Source: Phoronis australis (taxonomy: Eukaryota > Animalia > Phoronida). From it: 64,000 nt of DNA. This document shows positions 11,613 through 25,115 of the stretch, one piece after another (positions within the stretch are counted from its first letter, which is position 1; each line of letters begins with the position of its first letter). Both the position numbers and the translations under genes were made by a program. Location: NCBI GenBank assembly GCA_002633005.1, contig NMRA01000598.1:6198-70197 (forward strand). The letters are read 5' to 3'. The notes beneath the pieces are model-generated. The model was not told the DNA's origin and searched no databases. It saw only the letters and a program-made list of their open reading frames with translations.

Positions 11613-13016
11613 GGTAGGTGGATACACAAAAAATTAATTTTGACTGTTTTTTACATTTTCATATCATCCTAATCTTTAATTCTTGATGCACATTATACTG
11701 AAGAAAAATAAAATCATTCTGAAAATCCAAAGTTGTTTTTTTAGCTATATTTGACCAAACCTCAGTAAGTCATATGGCTAGAGTGCTCACCAGCTCAGTG
11801 ATTGACAACTGGGGCGGAGCTTATATACAAGGACACTAGCTCTAATCTAACCCTGTCAACAAGCATTGCGTAACCGGGCAATCAAGAGTGACGTACCAGC
11901 TGATATTGGTGTTGTAGCAAGACCAAGAATAAAGCAATTCTATTTTTGACCATGTGAAAGTTAGTAGTGAAATGGTGAACTAGCTCCTGTTCCGAGCCTG
12001 AGCTTTTTTGTCTATCTGCAAAAAAATTAAGTTGAGTACGCCAAGCCCTACCGAAGCCATCACTGCACTCAGCTTTTGGAGTCCGTGCAGAAATTGTGCA
12101 TGTATAAGAGAAGTCGGTAATATAAGGTCAGTTGTCTTGCGAGAGGACGCTGAGTGTCGACGTGGGTGGTGTTGCACGATTCGGTGAGAGTGCATACACG
12201 CGCTGTGAAGACAAGCCGCGCGCGCNNNNNNNNNNNNNNNNNNNNNNNNNNNNNNNNNNNNNNNNNNNNNNNNNNNNNNNNNNNNNNNNNNNNNNNNNNN
12301 NNNNNNNNNNNNNNNNNNNNNNNNNNNNNNNNNNNNNNNNNNNNNNNNNNNNNNNNNNNNNNNNNNNNNNNNNNNNNNNNNNNNNNNNNNNNNNNNNNNN
12401 NNNNNNNNNNNNNNNNNNNNNNNNNNNNNNNNNNNNNNNNNNNNNNNNNNNNNNNNNNNNNNNNNNNNNNNNNNNNNNNNNNNNNNNNNNNNNNNNNNNN
12501 NNNNNNNNNNNNNNNNNNNNNNNNNNNNNNNNNNNNNCACGATTCTCGGGCCTATTTTTCCACAACACGTGGGTCAATTTTAACGAAAGTTGCAAATTTG
12601 AAATCCTCTTGGACTGAAGTAAAATCGCGTGCCAGGGTTTTTTGATAAATGGACCAGATTTTTAGTTATTAGACGGAAAGTGACCAAATGACAAAAAGTG
12701 GCGTGCTTGCCCCAACTCACACACAAAAAATGCCACAAAATCAAGATCATAATGATTTTGTACATATATTTGAAATGGATAAGTAGAATATTGCGTAAGG
12801 AAATAGTTGATGATGATCCCTGTGCATTTTGAAAAAAAATCGAAGTAAAATTGGATTTGTTGAAAATTAAAAAATACGATTTTTTTAAAAAAATAACTAC
12901 AAAAGAACATTTTCTTCGATTTTTGTCACTTTCAGAGTCATGTCTAACTAGTTAAAACTCCCTTTTTACTCATTTTAGTTAGAAACCTTGAGATTTGATC
13001 AGTGTATACACCTACC
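11613..13016. mobile_element. Kolobok-like non-autonomous DNA transposon (spans an assembly gap)
   Basis: TTAA TSD at 11609-11612 and 13017-13020; TIRs GGTAGGTGgATACAC / GTGTATACACCTACC. GG termini with a TTAA TSD are typical of Kolobok. Confidence 0.7.
12226..12537. other. Assembly gap (N run)
   Basis: Run of n. Confidence 1.
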
Positions 13017-13020
13017 TTAA

Positions 13021-16000
13021 AGACGTCAGACTCATCTGAAGTCGTGCAAAGTGCCACGGAAGTTTGGAAGTATATCGGAATTACAGATGATTCTTGCCAG
13101 AGCTGGAGATAGGAGGTTGGACTGGCTGGCAAACCAATGGAAATGTGCCGTGATATATTTTACACATCGACATGAGTTTGGACTTGGCTTTAGACAAAAA
13201 TTGATGTGATGTTATCCAGAACACACAGCATATTCTCAGAGGTACAAACCAGGAACAAGCAAAACAGGATCTGATGTCATCTCTCACCCCACACCAAGTT
13301 TTGGTTGTAATGGATTTTGCAATGAAGTTCATACCCATCAGTTTCCGTGAAGCACAGTCCGAATGGTTTGGAAAAAAGGATCTCATGGCACGTGGTGGCT
13401 TGTATCACAAAGAAAGGTGAAACCCACCAGGTAAAAATATATCCTCAATTAGTATTCACGGTGTTGCAAAGTAATTCTCAGATGTGCTCAATATTAAACA
13501 GAAAGATAGTGATGAACAATGTTGTTGCCTTTACCTCTTTTTAGTATATTGATTTACTGTAACAGTACAAGATACAGGGAGTGTGCACTTAATATCTAGT
13601 CTTTTTCTTGCCATTTCCCAACAAAAGCTTGACAGTGATGCATTCTTTGTCTCTTAGTAGATTTTGCACACAAACCTTCATTTTAACTGAAGCCATTTTG
13701 TACTTATGGATGATTTCCATATCTTTGTGAAGGGGAAATTTCCACTTCCCTAGAAATGTTTTGAAGGAGCTACTGATATAATAACGTGCTGAGACGAACC
13801 ATGTTTGAAGTTGAGTGGTGTGATTGCGGTTTAGGTGGTAATAAGATGTAATAAGGTAGTTCTTTAAACAAGCTGACCTATTTGAGTTACATAATTGTTG
13901 TATTTCAGGTACATACTTACATCCATACTCTAGATGCCTGCAAGCAAGACTTTTTCACTGTTTGCTGTTTAACGCTAGATGTACTAAGGCAGGTGAAACC
14001 TAGGGATCCACAAATAACGAAAGCTCCGACAATGCCAATTGTTACCATTCAGCCGCCCTTCTGATTCATTTGTTCTACATTTGTCCATTCTGCACTACGA
14101 CTTCAGTGAAAGTCAGAAGGGAAAAAACATCTGTGACAGGAAAATCGCGCCCTTGAAATCCCATGCCAAGTACTTCGTCAATGAAGGCAACAAAATGCAG
14201 TCGACCTGAAACATGCGCTAGGGTCTAGAGGAGGTGTCAAAGCTGTTATGTGTCGGCATGCAGTGTGAATGCCCCAAAGGTCCTTCGCAAGCTCAGTATC
14301 CCAGGGATAAGTTTGTTGATAAACTTTAAGTATTCCGCCGATGGCATTCGAGCATGGAAGGCCTATAGAGTAGGGGAGGGAAAATTTGTCATCAACAAAT
14401 CATGTAAACTGTTGCCTCTGAAAAGTCGTGACCTTGCAACACTTGAGTGTTTTACAACTCCAAGGGTTGAGTCGGGACTGGTATCCCGTGAACGTCATAC
14501 GAAATTCACATGCACACATTGTGGGTGCTCGAAATACAGATGCTGAGCTAAATGAGCACTCGGATGTTGATGCTCATTCATCATCCCTCAAGAATGAGAC
14601 TCAGTTCGACCACATTTCAAGACAATCTGATATGTTATCTACTACCACAGCTGTATCATCACCAGAGTTGTCTGCCGTTTACGTTGTTGATAAAGTTGCC
14701 GCAGGATTGGTCCCTGAAAAGTATTAGAAAAGTGGTCCTCTTCTCTGAGAAGGTAAAGACTTAACCCAGTGATATATTTCCTGAAGGTGAACAGTCAGGC
14801 AGAAAACAACAGCCAGCTGAGGTTGTAAAGATGATGCGAGAGGCCAAGAATAAGCAAGGAAAAGTTTTCTCCTCTGAAGAGTGGGTGTCGGAGCAGCAGA
14901 TTGCTGGATTTTTCTCCCGTATGGTTGCCGTGTCTCGAATCCGAAATATTCAGAATATTGAAGGTGCTGATGCTGCTGCTGCCCACGAGTTTGCCTCAAA
15001 GAATGACTTGGAGCTTGAAGTCATGAATGAGTTATCATCATAAACTGTAGGGAATTATAAACATGTTTTAGTTGTTGTCTATTCTTATGATATTGTTGTG
15101 GTCATCATTATCGTAGTGAGGGGACTGGCGTCCACCCTGGGCGAAATTGGGAAACATGGAAGATGACGCAAATTCGGGGCTTCCATGGGGGAGAAATCTA
15201 AGTGGTGGCCGTTTGGGGAAAATAATCCAAGCCACTGATGGTCATCATTGAAATCTTCTGTCACTTTTTACTTGCGTTTTTCGTTTTGTGTCCAGCTTGA
15301 CACTCGTAAAGCATACTTTTTACATGATTGATTCTATTGAAACTACTGAGATTTTTGTAGGAGTGATTATCTAGTTTTGAGAAACGTCTATCTTAGACAT
15401 GTGTACTGAGCAAAATAAAAGGACTTTGTGTTTCAGTAGCTCTTGTTTCCTTCAAGCAAAATGCAGTTTTTTGAAGTGTTGTGTGGAAATGCATCATACA
15501 CTAAACCTAGCATACCTTCAAGAAGCTGTGGTTTTGAGTCCGCCGCTTGAACGGAATTTACATATTGTGAAACTTTTAGCTGGTAAGTCGCAACAACACC
15601 CAATTACTTAAATACTGGTTTGGAAAGCCGCTATCTTGGATATCACTGAAAGTATTATGTATCCGTACCTGTTATTTTTCTGAAATTGCAAATTCCATTG
15701 GCGCACCGCCACCATGCTCGGCTGATTTTGTGTAGTACAAGAAGCATTGCGTGACACTTTGCATGTCCAATAACACGACACTTCTGCTCGTATCCACCGT
15801 CCTCTTTTCACTTGTGATCTCAAAGATCTTGATTAGTTTGAGTGTTGACTTTGCTAACAGTTTGAGAGGACTTTTTCAAGCGCATATACAGGGATTTGTT
15901 CAGGAGGTCTGAAAATGGACCAGCATGCACTGCAGACAGTGCGTGGGATTCTTAGTCAATTACGGTGTTTGAAAACTGAATAAGCAATGGGTAATGGGCA

Positions 16001-16856
16001 CCCTTGATAAGAATAAAATCTGCTTCTCTGAAGTATAAGATGGTGATGGATTTGTATTATTAACTCATAAGTACATTAAACTTGACTTTTTGGTTTTTGT
16101 AATCCTATAACAAATTTTTATTTCTCCCCCAGCAAAACTGAAAATCCGCGAAGAAAAAATCTCTCATACAGCTTCCCATGATCTCCTTCGTCACTGATGC
16201 AGCAAAACGAATGATATTTGTTCTATTTGGCATGTTAGTCGATAGTTAATTGCACACTCGAGTAGCGCCTCCTAGAGTCTTTTAATCAAACTGACAGTCA
16301 CAGATTGGCAGAAAAGTGTGTAAGTGAGTTATGTAAAAAACTGACTGAACAAAAACTATGAAAGAGACAAGATTTTTTATTCTTGCGTTGGACTGAACAA
16401 AGACAGCTGTAACAGATGGAAGTTAACTCATGTTCCAAAACAATCCGATATAGATTTGGGAGAGTGATAAAAATGCGTAAAATGGCCTTAATATTAAGTA
16501 GTGAAAATGATGTTTTTGTAGGCTAAAATGGGAGGACATAAAAAATCAACAAATCCACCCGAACTAGTTTTTCTTGTATGTTATTCTTTCTTCTTTCTGC
16601 TATATAGTTATTTTTTGAATAGCGTGAAGCGATGATGTGCTGTTGCTGACAAAAGTCATCTACTTCCAAGTACAATTATTTGCTATTTTACAGAAAAAGT
16701 ACAAAGTGGTGGTAAAAAGAGTTAAAGAAAACTCGGAAACTTTTAAAAATTCAGGCTTAGGCTTCTTTTGACAAGTCCAGCTGATGTGCTAAGTTTAAAA
16801 AAAATTGGTGCTTTTGCATATATAGCCCACCATCTGGTTTTTATATGCAATTGCTC
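13021..16856 (+). mobile_element. Sola3 DNA transposon: right part and 3' terminus
   Basis: The transposase relic is followed by a long non-coding arm ending ...GCAATTGCTC|TTAA (16854-16860), matching the Sola3 GAG...CTC termini and TTAA TSD. No left terminus was found. Confidence 0.65.
13160..15043 (+). pseudogene. Sola3 transposase pseudogene (intron 13431-13908, several frameshifts)
   Basis: Motifs in order: HILRGTNQEQAK..VMDFAMKFIPISFREAQSEWFGKK/ISWH, SDNANCYHS, YDFSESQKGKNICDRKIAPLKSH, IPGISLLINF..GIRAWKAYRVGEGK, and FSSEEWVSEQQIAGFFSR. Confidence 0.85.
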
Positions 16857-17813
16857 TTAATTCGTTTGTGGCACCAATTTTGAAATTACGGTCATCTGTT
16901 TGGGGTTACAAAAATTTTGGTAATGATGAAAATATCCAAAACGGAGCCATGCGTTTTTATTTAGGGTCAACCGAATTACAGCCACTCATGCTGTTAGTGG
17001 TGACATGGGGTGGGACACCTCCGAAAATAGATTTAATTTGAATACGCTGCATCTTTGGAACAAAGTGGTGACCACATGTGGTGATAGGTTCCTGAAGAAA
17101 GTATTTCTATGGGACTAATCTTTTGGTAGAAAGGGTTGGATAAACGGAATCAAAAATTTGTTTAACATAACTGGCATGCATTCCTGTTTTCAAAATTTGA
17201 CTACTTGCAACATAGTAGATGCTAGAAACAAACTATTTGAATACTCAAAACATGCTTTGGGTGAGTCTGTTGTAACAAAACCCAAGTTAAGAACCTACAT
17301 TTTATTTAAGCACGAGTTTTTATCTGAGCCGTATGTAAAGATTAATTGATATCGTTCCGAGCGATCTCTTCTGGCTCAGCCTAGAGCCGGAAATTTCCCA
17401 GTGCACTTGGAAACTGGTCGTTATGTAAACACTCCTGTAAGTGAACGACTTTGCTTGTTGTGATTCTGGTTCTGTGGAGGATGAGGTACATGTTGTGCTT
17501 GATTGTTCCCTTTATAATTCACGGATGTCTATTCTGTTTCACTTCAAATCCCGAGCTTTGCAGAATTCAGAAGATTAGATATTATGTTAAAACTACTATT
17601 TCAGTATTTCCCTTGGCAATTTACCAAATATATCAAGTCTGCTTTTGAACTTAGAAACCGACGCATTTATGGCAGGCCTACATCTGAGTTGTGTGGTTAA
17701 AGTGAATAATAAGCCCAACTGGGCTGGGTACTTATCTTTCTTACGAATGGTGTACCTATAACTGTTTGTATTAATTGTACTTGTCGCTATAGCAAATAAA
17801 TACTACTACTACT
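16857..17813 (+). mobile_element. 3' fragment of a non-LTR retrotransposon (LINE ORF2 C-terminus, RTE-X-like) with AATAAA and (TAC)n tail
   Basis: Degenerate frames: NSFVAPIL..VWG, GDMGW, KPKLRTYILFK..EPY, RSLLAQ.RAG..LETGRY..ERLC..C..VEDEVH..C..Y (CCHC). Ends AATAAA TACTACTACTACT. Confidence 0.8.
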
Positions 17814-19269
17814 ATATCGTGTTTATATACGCCTAGACTCGTGCATCTTAAGCGCACCAAAATCTATCTCTTCAATCGCAGAAATTAGATTGACCTGTGG
17901 AGGGAACATGGAACTGGGGGAAAATAGAGCGATAGTCTACGAGGGAACACTGGGATTTCCGGGGCGTGATGGGGTAGGTGAGAACACTGGGATTACCGGG
18001 GTGTNAAATACTACTAATACTATATCGTGTTTATATACGCCTAGACTCGTGCATCTTAAGCGCACCAAAATCTATCTCTTCAATCGCAGAAATTAGATTG
18101 ACCTGTGGAGGGAACATGGCACTGGGGGAACATAGAGCGATAGTCTACGAGGGAACACTGGGATTTCCGGGGCGTGATGGGGTAGGTGAGAACAGAGGGA
18201 TTACCGGGGTGTGATGGGTAGGTGGGAACAGAGGGTCAGGGGAACATCAGTTGTGGAAAATACAGCTGGTAAATGTCGGGAAAGTTGGAGAAATATCGAG
18301 GAGGGGTAAGGTTCATCTTGGCAAAGCTGGAGTTGAACAAAATAGATCTAAAGCATGGTTTTTGGCTTGTATTAAAGTACCAATGTAAACTAACCTGGAG
18401 TCTGTGATCTTGTGATTATTCTTTTTTCAATATTCATTGACATGTCAGCAGGGGGCCCATATTTTGAGAAATTTCTTCACTGAATAGTAATCATCGAATT
18501 GGTTCTAGAAATCCGTGACTCATTTAAGTGACTATTGCTGACATGGGACGGAATACAAAAAGTCATTGGACAGTTGATGGATCAAGTTACGTGTATATTC
18601 CACCAGGCCAAAAAGGACCATGTCGAAATGGTTCTCAAAATCCGCGGCTCCCTGTAATTGACTACTGGCGACATTGGAGGGAACATGAAGTCAATGGAGT
18701 GCTGGTTGACTTGCATGTAGTTTGGCTCACTTCAACCAAAAATGTGCCAGACCTATTCTATCAGTTTAGTTTATTTTAATTTGTAAACAAGTGTGGGGTA
18801 AATGTGAATGTAAACATGTCATCAATTTAGTTTGCTTGAATTAACTGATAAGTGTAGGACCATGCATGACGTAATGTCTCCAAACCAAATGAATATAGAT
18901 CCTGCATACATTAGATTCCCCAATGACGTCAATAGAGACAGAGTCAATATATAGAACAAATGACGTTCTAGTGTGAGGGTTCAACAATAGCAAATTGAAT
19001 ATGTAACATTCCAAGATGCCAAAATGGGATATTCAATCAGACCAAACGATAGCTGCTAGTAAACCGGAAGTGATTTTCATGGCAGGGTTATTACAACCAG
19101 ACATCAGGGGTTCATTTAATTGTTATTTGGCTATTTTAAGGTAGCACTGAACAGTGTGCCCCTAAACAGGCTGATATCAGGTAACAGAGGTTCATTTAGT
19201 TCATTGGTATTTTGCCATGTTAAGCAGGCTGATATCAGATCAGTTCTTTGGTGTAGTCCACTGAAATCT

Positions 19270-19524
19270 CATGCGCGCACCCAGGGGGTGGGAGTGGGGT
19301 CGAACGAGAACCTCCATTTGATAAAGTGGGCAAAAAGGTCTGCCTCAGAAAAAATACTTCAAAAAAGGTAGATACCAGACAAAAGTCCACTGAAAGACGG
19401 GTACTATCAAAATTCGGTGACGCGCTATTTATTTCTCGGAACGTACTCCGTGAATCTTACTGTTGTAAAATGTCCACTTTCCGAAAATTCAAGCCCGCTC
19501 ATTTTTAAACTGGGTGCGCTCATG
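19270..19524. mobile_element. Short MITE
   Basis: TIRs CATGcGCGCACCCAG / CTGGGTGCGCtCATG. Confidence 0.6.
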
Positions 19525-20619
19525 AATCGGTCCCATGCTATAACTTAACTTAATGAGATTCCATCTGTATTACCGACTCAAGTCACAGACAATGGGCCAT
19601 TAATTCACAAAGTTACTGATGGTTGCTAACCTCATTTTCAAGCGGCTGGTGGGTTTTGATAAATCTTATTGGTAAAGGAGAGACAATTCTACATGTAGGT
19701 ACTACAGTCAGGAATAAGATGATGAGACACATTTTATCAGAGTAAAATGCCTAATTTTATTTTCGTGTGAAGTCAGCTATACAGTTCGAAATGCAGCAAT
19801 AACAATGTATTTGAATGGTTTTAAAATATAATTGGTGTGTTCTACACTTGTTAACGTCTGTTCAGATGGTTGCATGTGCTCATGTCGTTAACATTGTGTT
19901 TTTGTCTCTTCCTAAGTCAAAGCGTGATTAAACACACTTGTCCAAGGCCAGTTAAAGTTGAAGACATCTATTGATTGGGTGACAGCAATTTTGTAATTAT
20001 AAAGTTTGCTTGCAAAGTCTTAGAGCAAACTCGGGTTAAATCTGTTAATTGGTGACACAGATCAAAGTTTGATAGTAAGAGAAGGTTTACGCAGTCACCT
20101 GAAGGCAGAAGCGACCATTTTTTTAAATCACTGACTCGAGCTCCTTTGCCCAAAATATAACCATACACTGTGTGTGTTCGTATTTAGGCTCATGCCCCTT
20201 TATGTGGAACAGCACCCAAATCTGGAATTTGTCACATGCGCCTTTTAGCAAAGCATTTAAGTCACTGAGTCTGAAAGTAAATCATTGGCATATTCTCCTA
20301 TACGCAAAACTAAACTCATTATTCTGGCTATAGGGGGCGTGTGCCAAAATACGCAAGTGTCCTCATTACTGTAGGCCAATGAAGAAAACTAAATGCATTG
20401 TGTGATAATCCATCCATAGGAACTGAGTTGTTCTTAGTTGGGGTTATTGTTAGACCTGAAGAGTCTCTTGTTCCTGAGGTCACAACACGATTCTTACAGT
20501 TTTGGTTGTTTCAAAATTAATGCCAGATACACCTCTGGCCGTATCCGGTATTTAGTGAACGACGCGAAGGGGAACTCGTTGTTATACGACGAAATCAAGA
20601 ACTATTTATTTTTATTTTT

Positions 20620-21014
20620 ATTTTTATATTACGTTATCAGGCTGACATGTTTAATACAACCATTGAATAACCCATTTAGTTGTTCAACGCGTGCTGAATA
20701 GCATTTTGGCGGGAACCCGAGCTCGGATTCAAACACGTTTCGCGAGTATTTTGAGCAGTCGGCATAACCGCTGCGCCATTCACTCTCCGGCCAACGCCCG
20801 GAAGTCGATCGAGAACGAAATTTGACGTGAGAAGGGTTCGTATTATTTTAAAATTAGTGACATAACACCATGGTATAAATTGATTGCTACATGTTCTCAG
20901 TCGCTATAATCCCTCTTGTCCGTCTAGAGCCCTCGTGGGTTTTAAAATTTCCTCCATAACCCACCATGTCTCTAGATTACTGGGGATAACAACTTTGCAT
21001 TGTAATAATCTATA
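20620..21014 (-). mobile_element. Hairpin + tRNA-like non-autonomous element, short degenerate copy
   Basis: The reverse complement shares the TAGATTATTACA..GTTATCCCC..TCTAGAG..CCACGAGGGCTCTAGA..GAGAACATGTA..TTTATACCA hairpin and the TTCCCGCCAAA..ATGGGTTATT tail with 26613-27484. It also carries A box TGGCGCAGCGG and B box GTTTGAATCC. Confidence 0.65.
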
Positions 21015-21053
21015 TTTAATTTTACTGACTTGAGAAGAAAACGTTAATATCCG

Positions 21054-21235
21054 CATACATACATGTATGCACATGCGCATTTGTGGATGGGGTCAGTTAC
21101 AATACAAAACATCCACATCCAAATACATACACACATGCACACTTGTGAATGGGGTCAGTTACAATACAAAACATTCACACCCAAATGCATTCACTCATGC
21201 GCACTTATGGTAGGGGTCGGTTACAACTCAAAACT
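21054..21235. repeat. Tandem repeat, ~66 bp, ~3 copies
   Basis: Repeated CACATGC..TTGTG.ATGGGGTCAGTTACAATACAAAACAT. Confidence 0.75.
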
Positions 21236-21893
21236 AAACTGCCTCAAAATAGAATATATTGGGGAATCATCTGCTCGAATTTTGGATCATTTTACTAAAA
21301 CATTTTTTAATTTTGAAATACCCAAAGATTTAATTTTGAAGTATGTCAAATTGGGCGTCCTGTATTTATGATCCTGCCAATAAATGTGGAATTTCCTAAG
21401 CATACAGTTAGATTAATTGCGTATTGTCCTTCAATCTTCCAAAATATGTCTGAAGTTGAAAGCTCTGATGAGCTTCCGGTTTTGGGTAGTATCCTCCGCA
21501 ACCTTTTTACAAAAGTATACACAGATATGTAAAATTACGTTGCTGGTGTTAACCGATGTATGAAATTACATGTAATACGAAACCATGCCAATCAAGTACC
21601 AGTAGTGTATTTTAAAGAATAAGAACATGTACAAACCTTTCACAGCCAATCAGGAGATGCATCAATACTAAGGCGAGTTTACCACTTTTATTCATGTTTT
21701 GGCTTTTTATCAATAGAATTAATTACACGAGAACACGTTTATGTTTTCTCTAAAATGACAACTGACATTTGGAAGACTATTGCCTGTGATCCATTTCTTA
21801 AGACCATAAAACAAGTGAAAGGTGGAGATTGATCCATTAATATCTAACAAATTACAAATGTGACTAATAACTTTTTAAATCACTGGATGTGAA

Positions 21894-22108
21894 ATATTAC
21901 ATTGTTATATATTAATGTCTTGTTGTTTTATGGTAGAGTTGTTACCTAGCTTATCTTAGTTTATATTGCATTGTTATCTATTAATGTCTTGTTGTTATAT
22001 GGTAGAGTTGTTACCTAGCTTATCTTAGTTGATATTACATTGTTATCTATTAATGCCTTGTTGTTATATGGTAGAGTTGTTACCTAGCTTATCTTAGTCT
22101 ATATTACA
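21894..22108. repeat. Tandem repeat, 69 bp x3
   Basis: Unit starts at 21894, 21963, 22032 and 22101. Confidence 0.9.
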
Positions 22109-22799
22109 CCCATTCACTGAACTGAATTAATTAGACTCTAATTATTGTATTTCATTTGTATTGACTTATTTTCCACGTATATTTTTGTTAGATTAGACTA
22201 GGTAACTTAGATCGTTTCTCTCAGATAAGCAAAGATTACGTCTCAATATTGTACTTCATATGCCATCCCATTGCGACAAGTACCCGGGTTTGCTTAGTCA
22301 CTTCTAGCCTAAACATATCTTATTTATATGTACAATAACAAGTAAACATTTCTGTAGTTATGTTACCTCTTTCATCTTTCTACAGTTGGAAATTCAGAAG
22401 GCTATAGGCCTACGTTGCCGGACGGCAGCGCTTGAAAGTCTGATGTCAGTTGCGTGTTTCTCATAAAACCTGTTTTTTTGAGTAATTAATGACTATCAAC
22501 GTTAAAAGGCGTGGTACAATTTTGTGATAGGCCCATCTCATTCATGAGTTAGGAGGAATTTGGTGCATAATCTGTGCCTATGCTATTTATTGCTTGTTTG
22601 ATGTACATACGTTCTTATTGATTAAGGGATATGTATGAGCCATAACTGTACTTGACGTAACATCAAGACACGGTTACATTCTTATTGAGAAGTAATAATC
22701 AGATGTTAAAATCATTGTTCTGAAATCGAATATTATAGAGGATTCCATTCTGTTAACATTTGTCATCTTAGATATACATGATTACAGGATGAGGTCAAT

Positions 22800-22995
22800 G
22801 TCAGTTTAGCGATGTTTTACACATTGTTCCCACACAAACAGAACGTGTACAGATAGCCTGGTTTAATGTCATTTTAGCTATGTTGTACACATGGTTCCCA
22901 CACAGCAGAACGTGTACATATAGCCTGGTTTATTGTCATTTTAGCTATGTTGTACAAATGGTTACCACACAACAGAACGTGATCATATTGCCTGG
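22800..22995. repeat. Tandem repeat, ~66 bp x3 (degenerate)
   Basis: Repeated TTTAGCTATGTTGTACACATGGTTCCCACAC..CAGAACGTG..GCCTGGTTT. Confidence 0.7.
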
Positions 22996-24319
22996 TTTCT
23001 TGGGGTTCACGACATCACTGCGCATTGTAAGTCATCTGGCTGTTTGTGTGACATGTTTGTTTAATCTTTTTATAAGGTCGACTACTATTGAACTGCTCAA
23101 GTCTCATTTTACCGACAACGATACATGTACGTCAAGACCCCTTTAAAGCACCGTTCCTGGTTAACGGTATTATTGAAGGACAATATGTCCGCATTTCAAA
23201 AATAAGTCAAAGTTCTGAGATGTGATTCTTTCTGTTATCCTCTAACATAACATAATAGCGGAGTTGCAACCGAATCGATTTAACGATTGCGCATGTCCGG
23301 AAATTAGGGTGCGCAAAGGCTACTGGGATTGTTGATGGTAAACGGGATGACCGACTGGTTTGCACGACGTGTAATTTGTGTGCATTAAACTACGCTGCTG
23401 TATGTAATTCTGCCGCTATTCGCCCTAATTAGCGCCCATGGCTCAACAAGTGCCCCAACGCGTTTTCAGACTTTGCTAAAGTAAGCGCCCAGCCCATGAA
23501 CTACATGCGAAAAATGCCCTTACCTACAGTTCTAACGTCTCCAATTTATCAATTGAAAGATCCGACAGCCTGAATTTGTAACGGACCACGAGCCTCACCG
23601 TTATGTCCGTATACACTTCAAACTTACGCCGCGATTCAAAAAGAACGCAGAAGTTTTGCTGCTCTTGCGAGGGATGTGCCCCACTACGCGGGTCTGGACT
23701 TTGAAAACAGACACAGCGTACTTGTCAAAGAGCGGGATTGCATTGTTTCTTTCCAGTACAGATCTTCTCCGGCCTCAAACTTCTTTGTGCATGTGAAAAC
23801 CGTGAATCGAAGACTAATAAAAAAAACTCGACCAGTGTTAGCACGCGACCAAGAAGCGCGCGCTGCATAATGTACCGACTGTCATCGAAGATTAATCGGG
23901 TAACATAGCATCGGCAAATAAATATTGGCACTAATTTCCGAAAGTTTCCAATACCGTAAAAAGCTTCTGCATTATTTTTAAGAGAAATTATTTAACTAAT
24001 CATAATTGGTGTTTTTAAGGTCAAAATGACCCACTTCGCACCCTTACACCCCAAATCTTCCGGGAAATAGCTGTTACACTACGGTCACGCATCCACTCAC
24101 CCGGCGACTCAATGAGTGACATGTCGGTCTTACCGAAAAAATTCTCGAACGTTTTTAGCAGATGAGGCCAGCAAGTGCTAAGCCGTAAATATTAAAACAC
24201 GCTCTGCTTGACTGCTTGACTTATTTTTTTTTTGGATACAATGCACACCTAGATCATTACATTACTCTGGCAAATGAACTCTGACAAGCACACGCACGCT
24301 TACTCTCACACACACGCAT

Positions 24320-24675
24320 ACAAACTTCAAAACAAACGTCACGTGACAACAACATGTGTTCCCACAGAGATTTTTCTCGGGTTGCGTGCTACAATCTAGC
24401 GTAGATTTGGACTTAATCTGCAGTTAATCCAGACTTCACAAGAACTTAAAAATCTTAGAGACGCTATTTGGAAAACTTGAGGAGGATTTCAGGTAATTTG
24501 TTGAGTCAAAGCTGTATTCTTATTTAAGAATTCAAGCCCTATCGACGATTGCGAGACCAGCAGCTACGCATTTGTCGGCAAGATTTCGCCCTGGAACTTC
24601 AACAAAATTTTATGAAAAATGATCGTAATTTAACAACGAATTTTGATAGCAATGTACCACAATTTTGTAGAAAGT
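24320..24675 (+). repeat. Dispersed repeat; second copy at ~28050-28703
   Basis: Shared CTTCAAAACAAACGTCACGTGACAACA...ACCACAATTTTGTAGAAAG. Confidence 0.75.
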
Positions 24676-24829
24676 AAATAATAATAATCTGCACGCTTTA
24701 TCTTAGCGCGTAATGCATATAGTGTGCATACGTTAAGTGAGTCGACCCAGAACAGGTGATTGTGCAGAGGCATTATCCTCAAAATTGCTCATGTTGGCTT
24801 GGTTCTGGTCAAGCGAAAACAAGTTTTTT

Positions 24830-25115
24830 TTTCACTACCAACCGCCGTGGAGTATTTGTTACTGTTTCTTTGAAGGGAGATATTGTTGGGCAGTTTCTAA
24901 GATACGTTTTCTTGCCGCCCTCAAAATGAGCGCTGCACACTTTATGCTACGAAGTCGGAAAGAATTCACGAAGTCGGCCTTTGCTACCAGCTCTACCGAT
25001 GTCTCTGACCCATGTTTAACGCAGTTCTTGATCCTTGGGAAACAGGTAGTAACTAAATTTTTTATTTCGCTAACTGGTATTATAGCATGCCAGGCACACA
25101 ACACGTATAACCTCC
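24830..25115 (-). pseudogene. THAP zinc-finger domain relic (transposase N-terminus)
   Basis: GGYTCCVPG/CYNTS*RNKKFSYYLFPKDQELR*TWVRDI..FPTS*HKVCSAHFEGGKKTYLRNCPTI is a C2CH THAP signature with stops and a frameshift. Confidence 0.85.

Noticed and set aside
11980-12645. Long ORFs in the ORF track
   Set aside because: They are artefacts of translating the N gap.
17812-18213. Near-identical ~195-bp tandem duplication
   Set aside because: The copies are separated by a single N at 18005, so this is probably a contig-overlap artefact.
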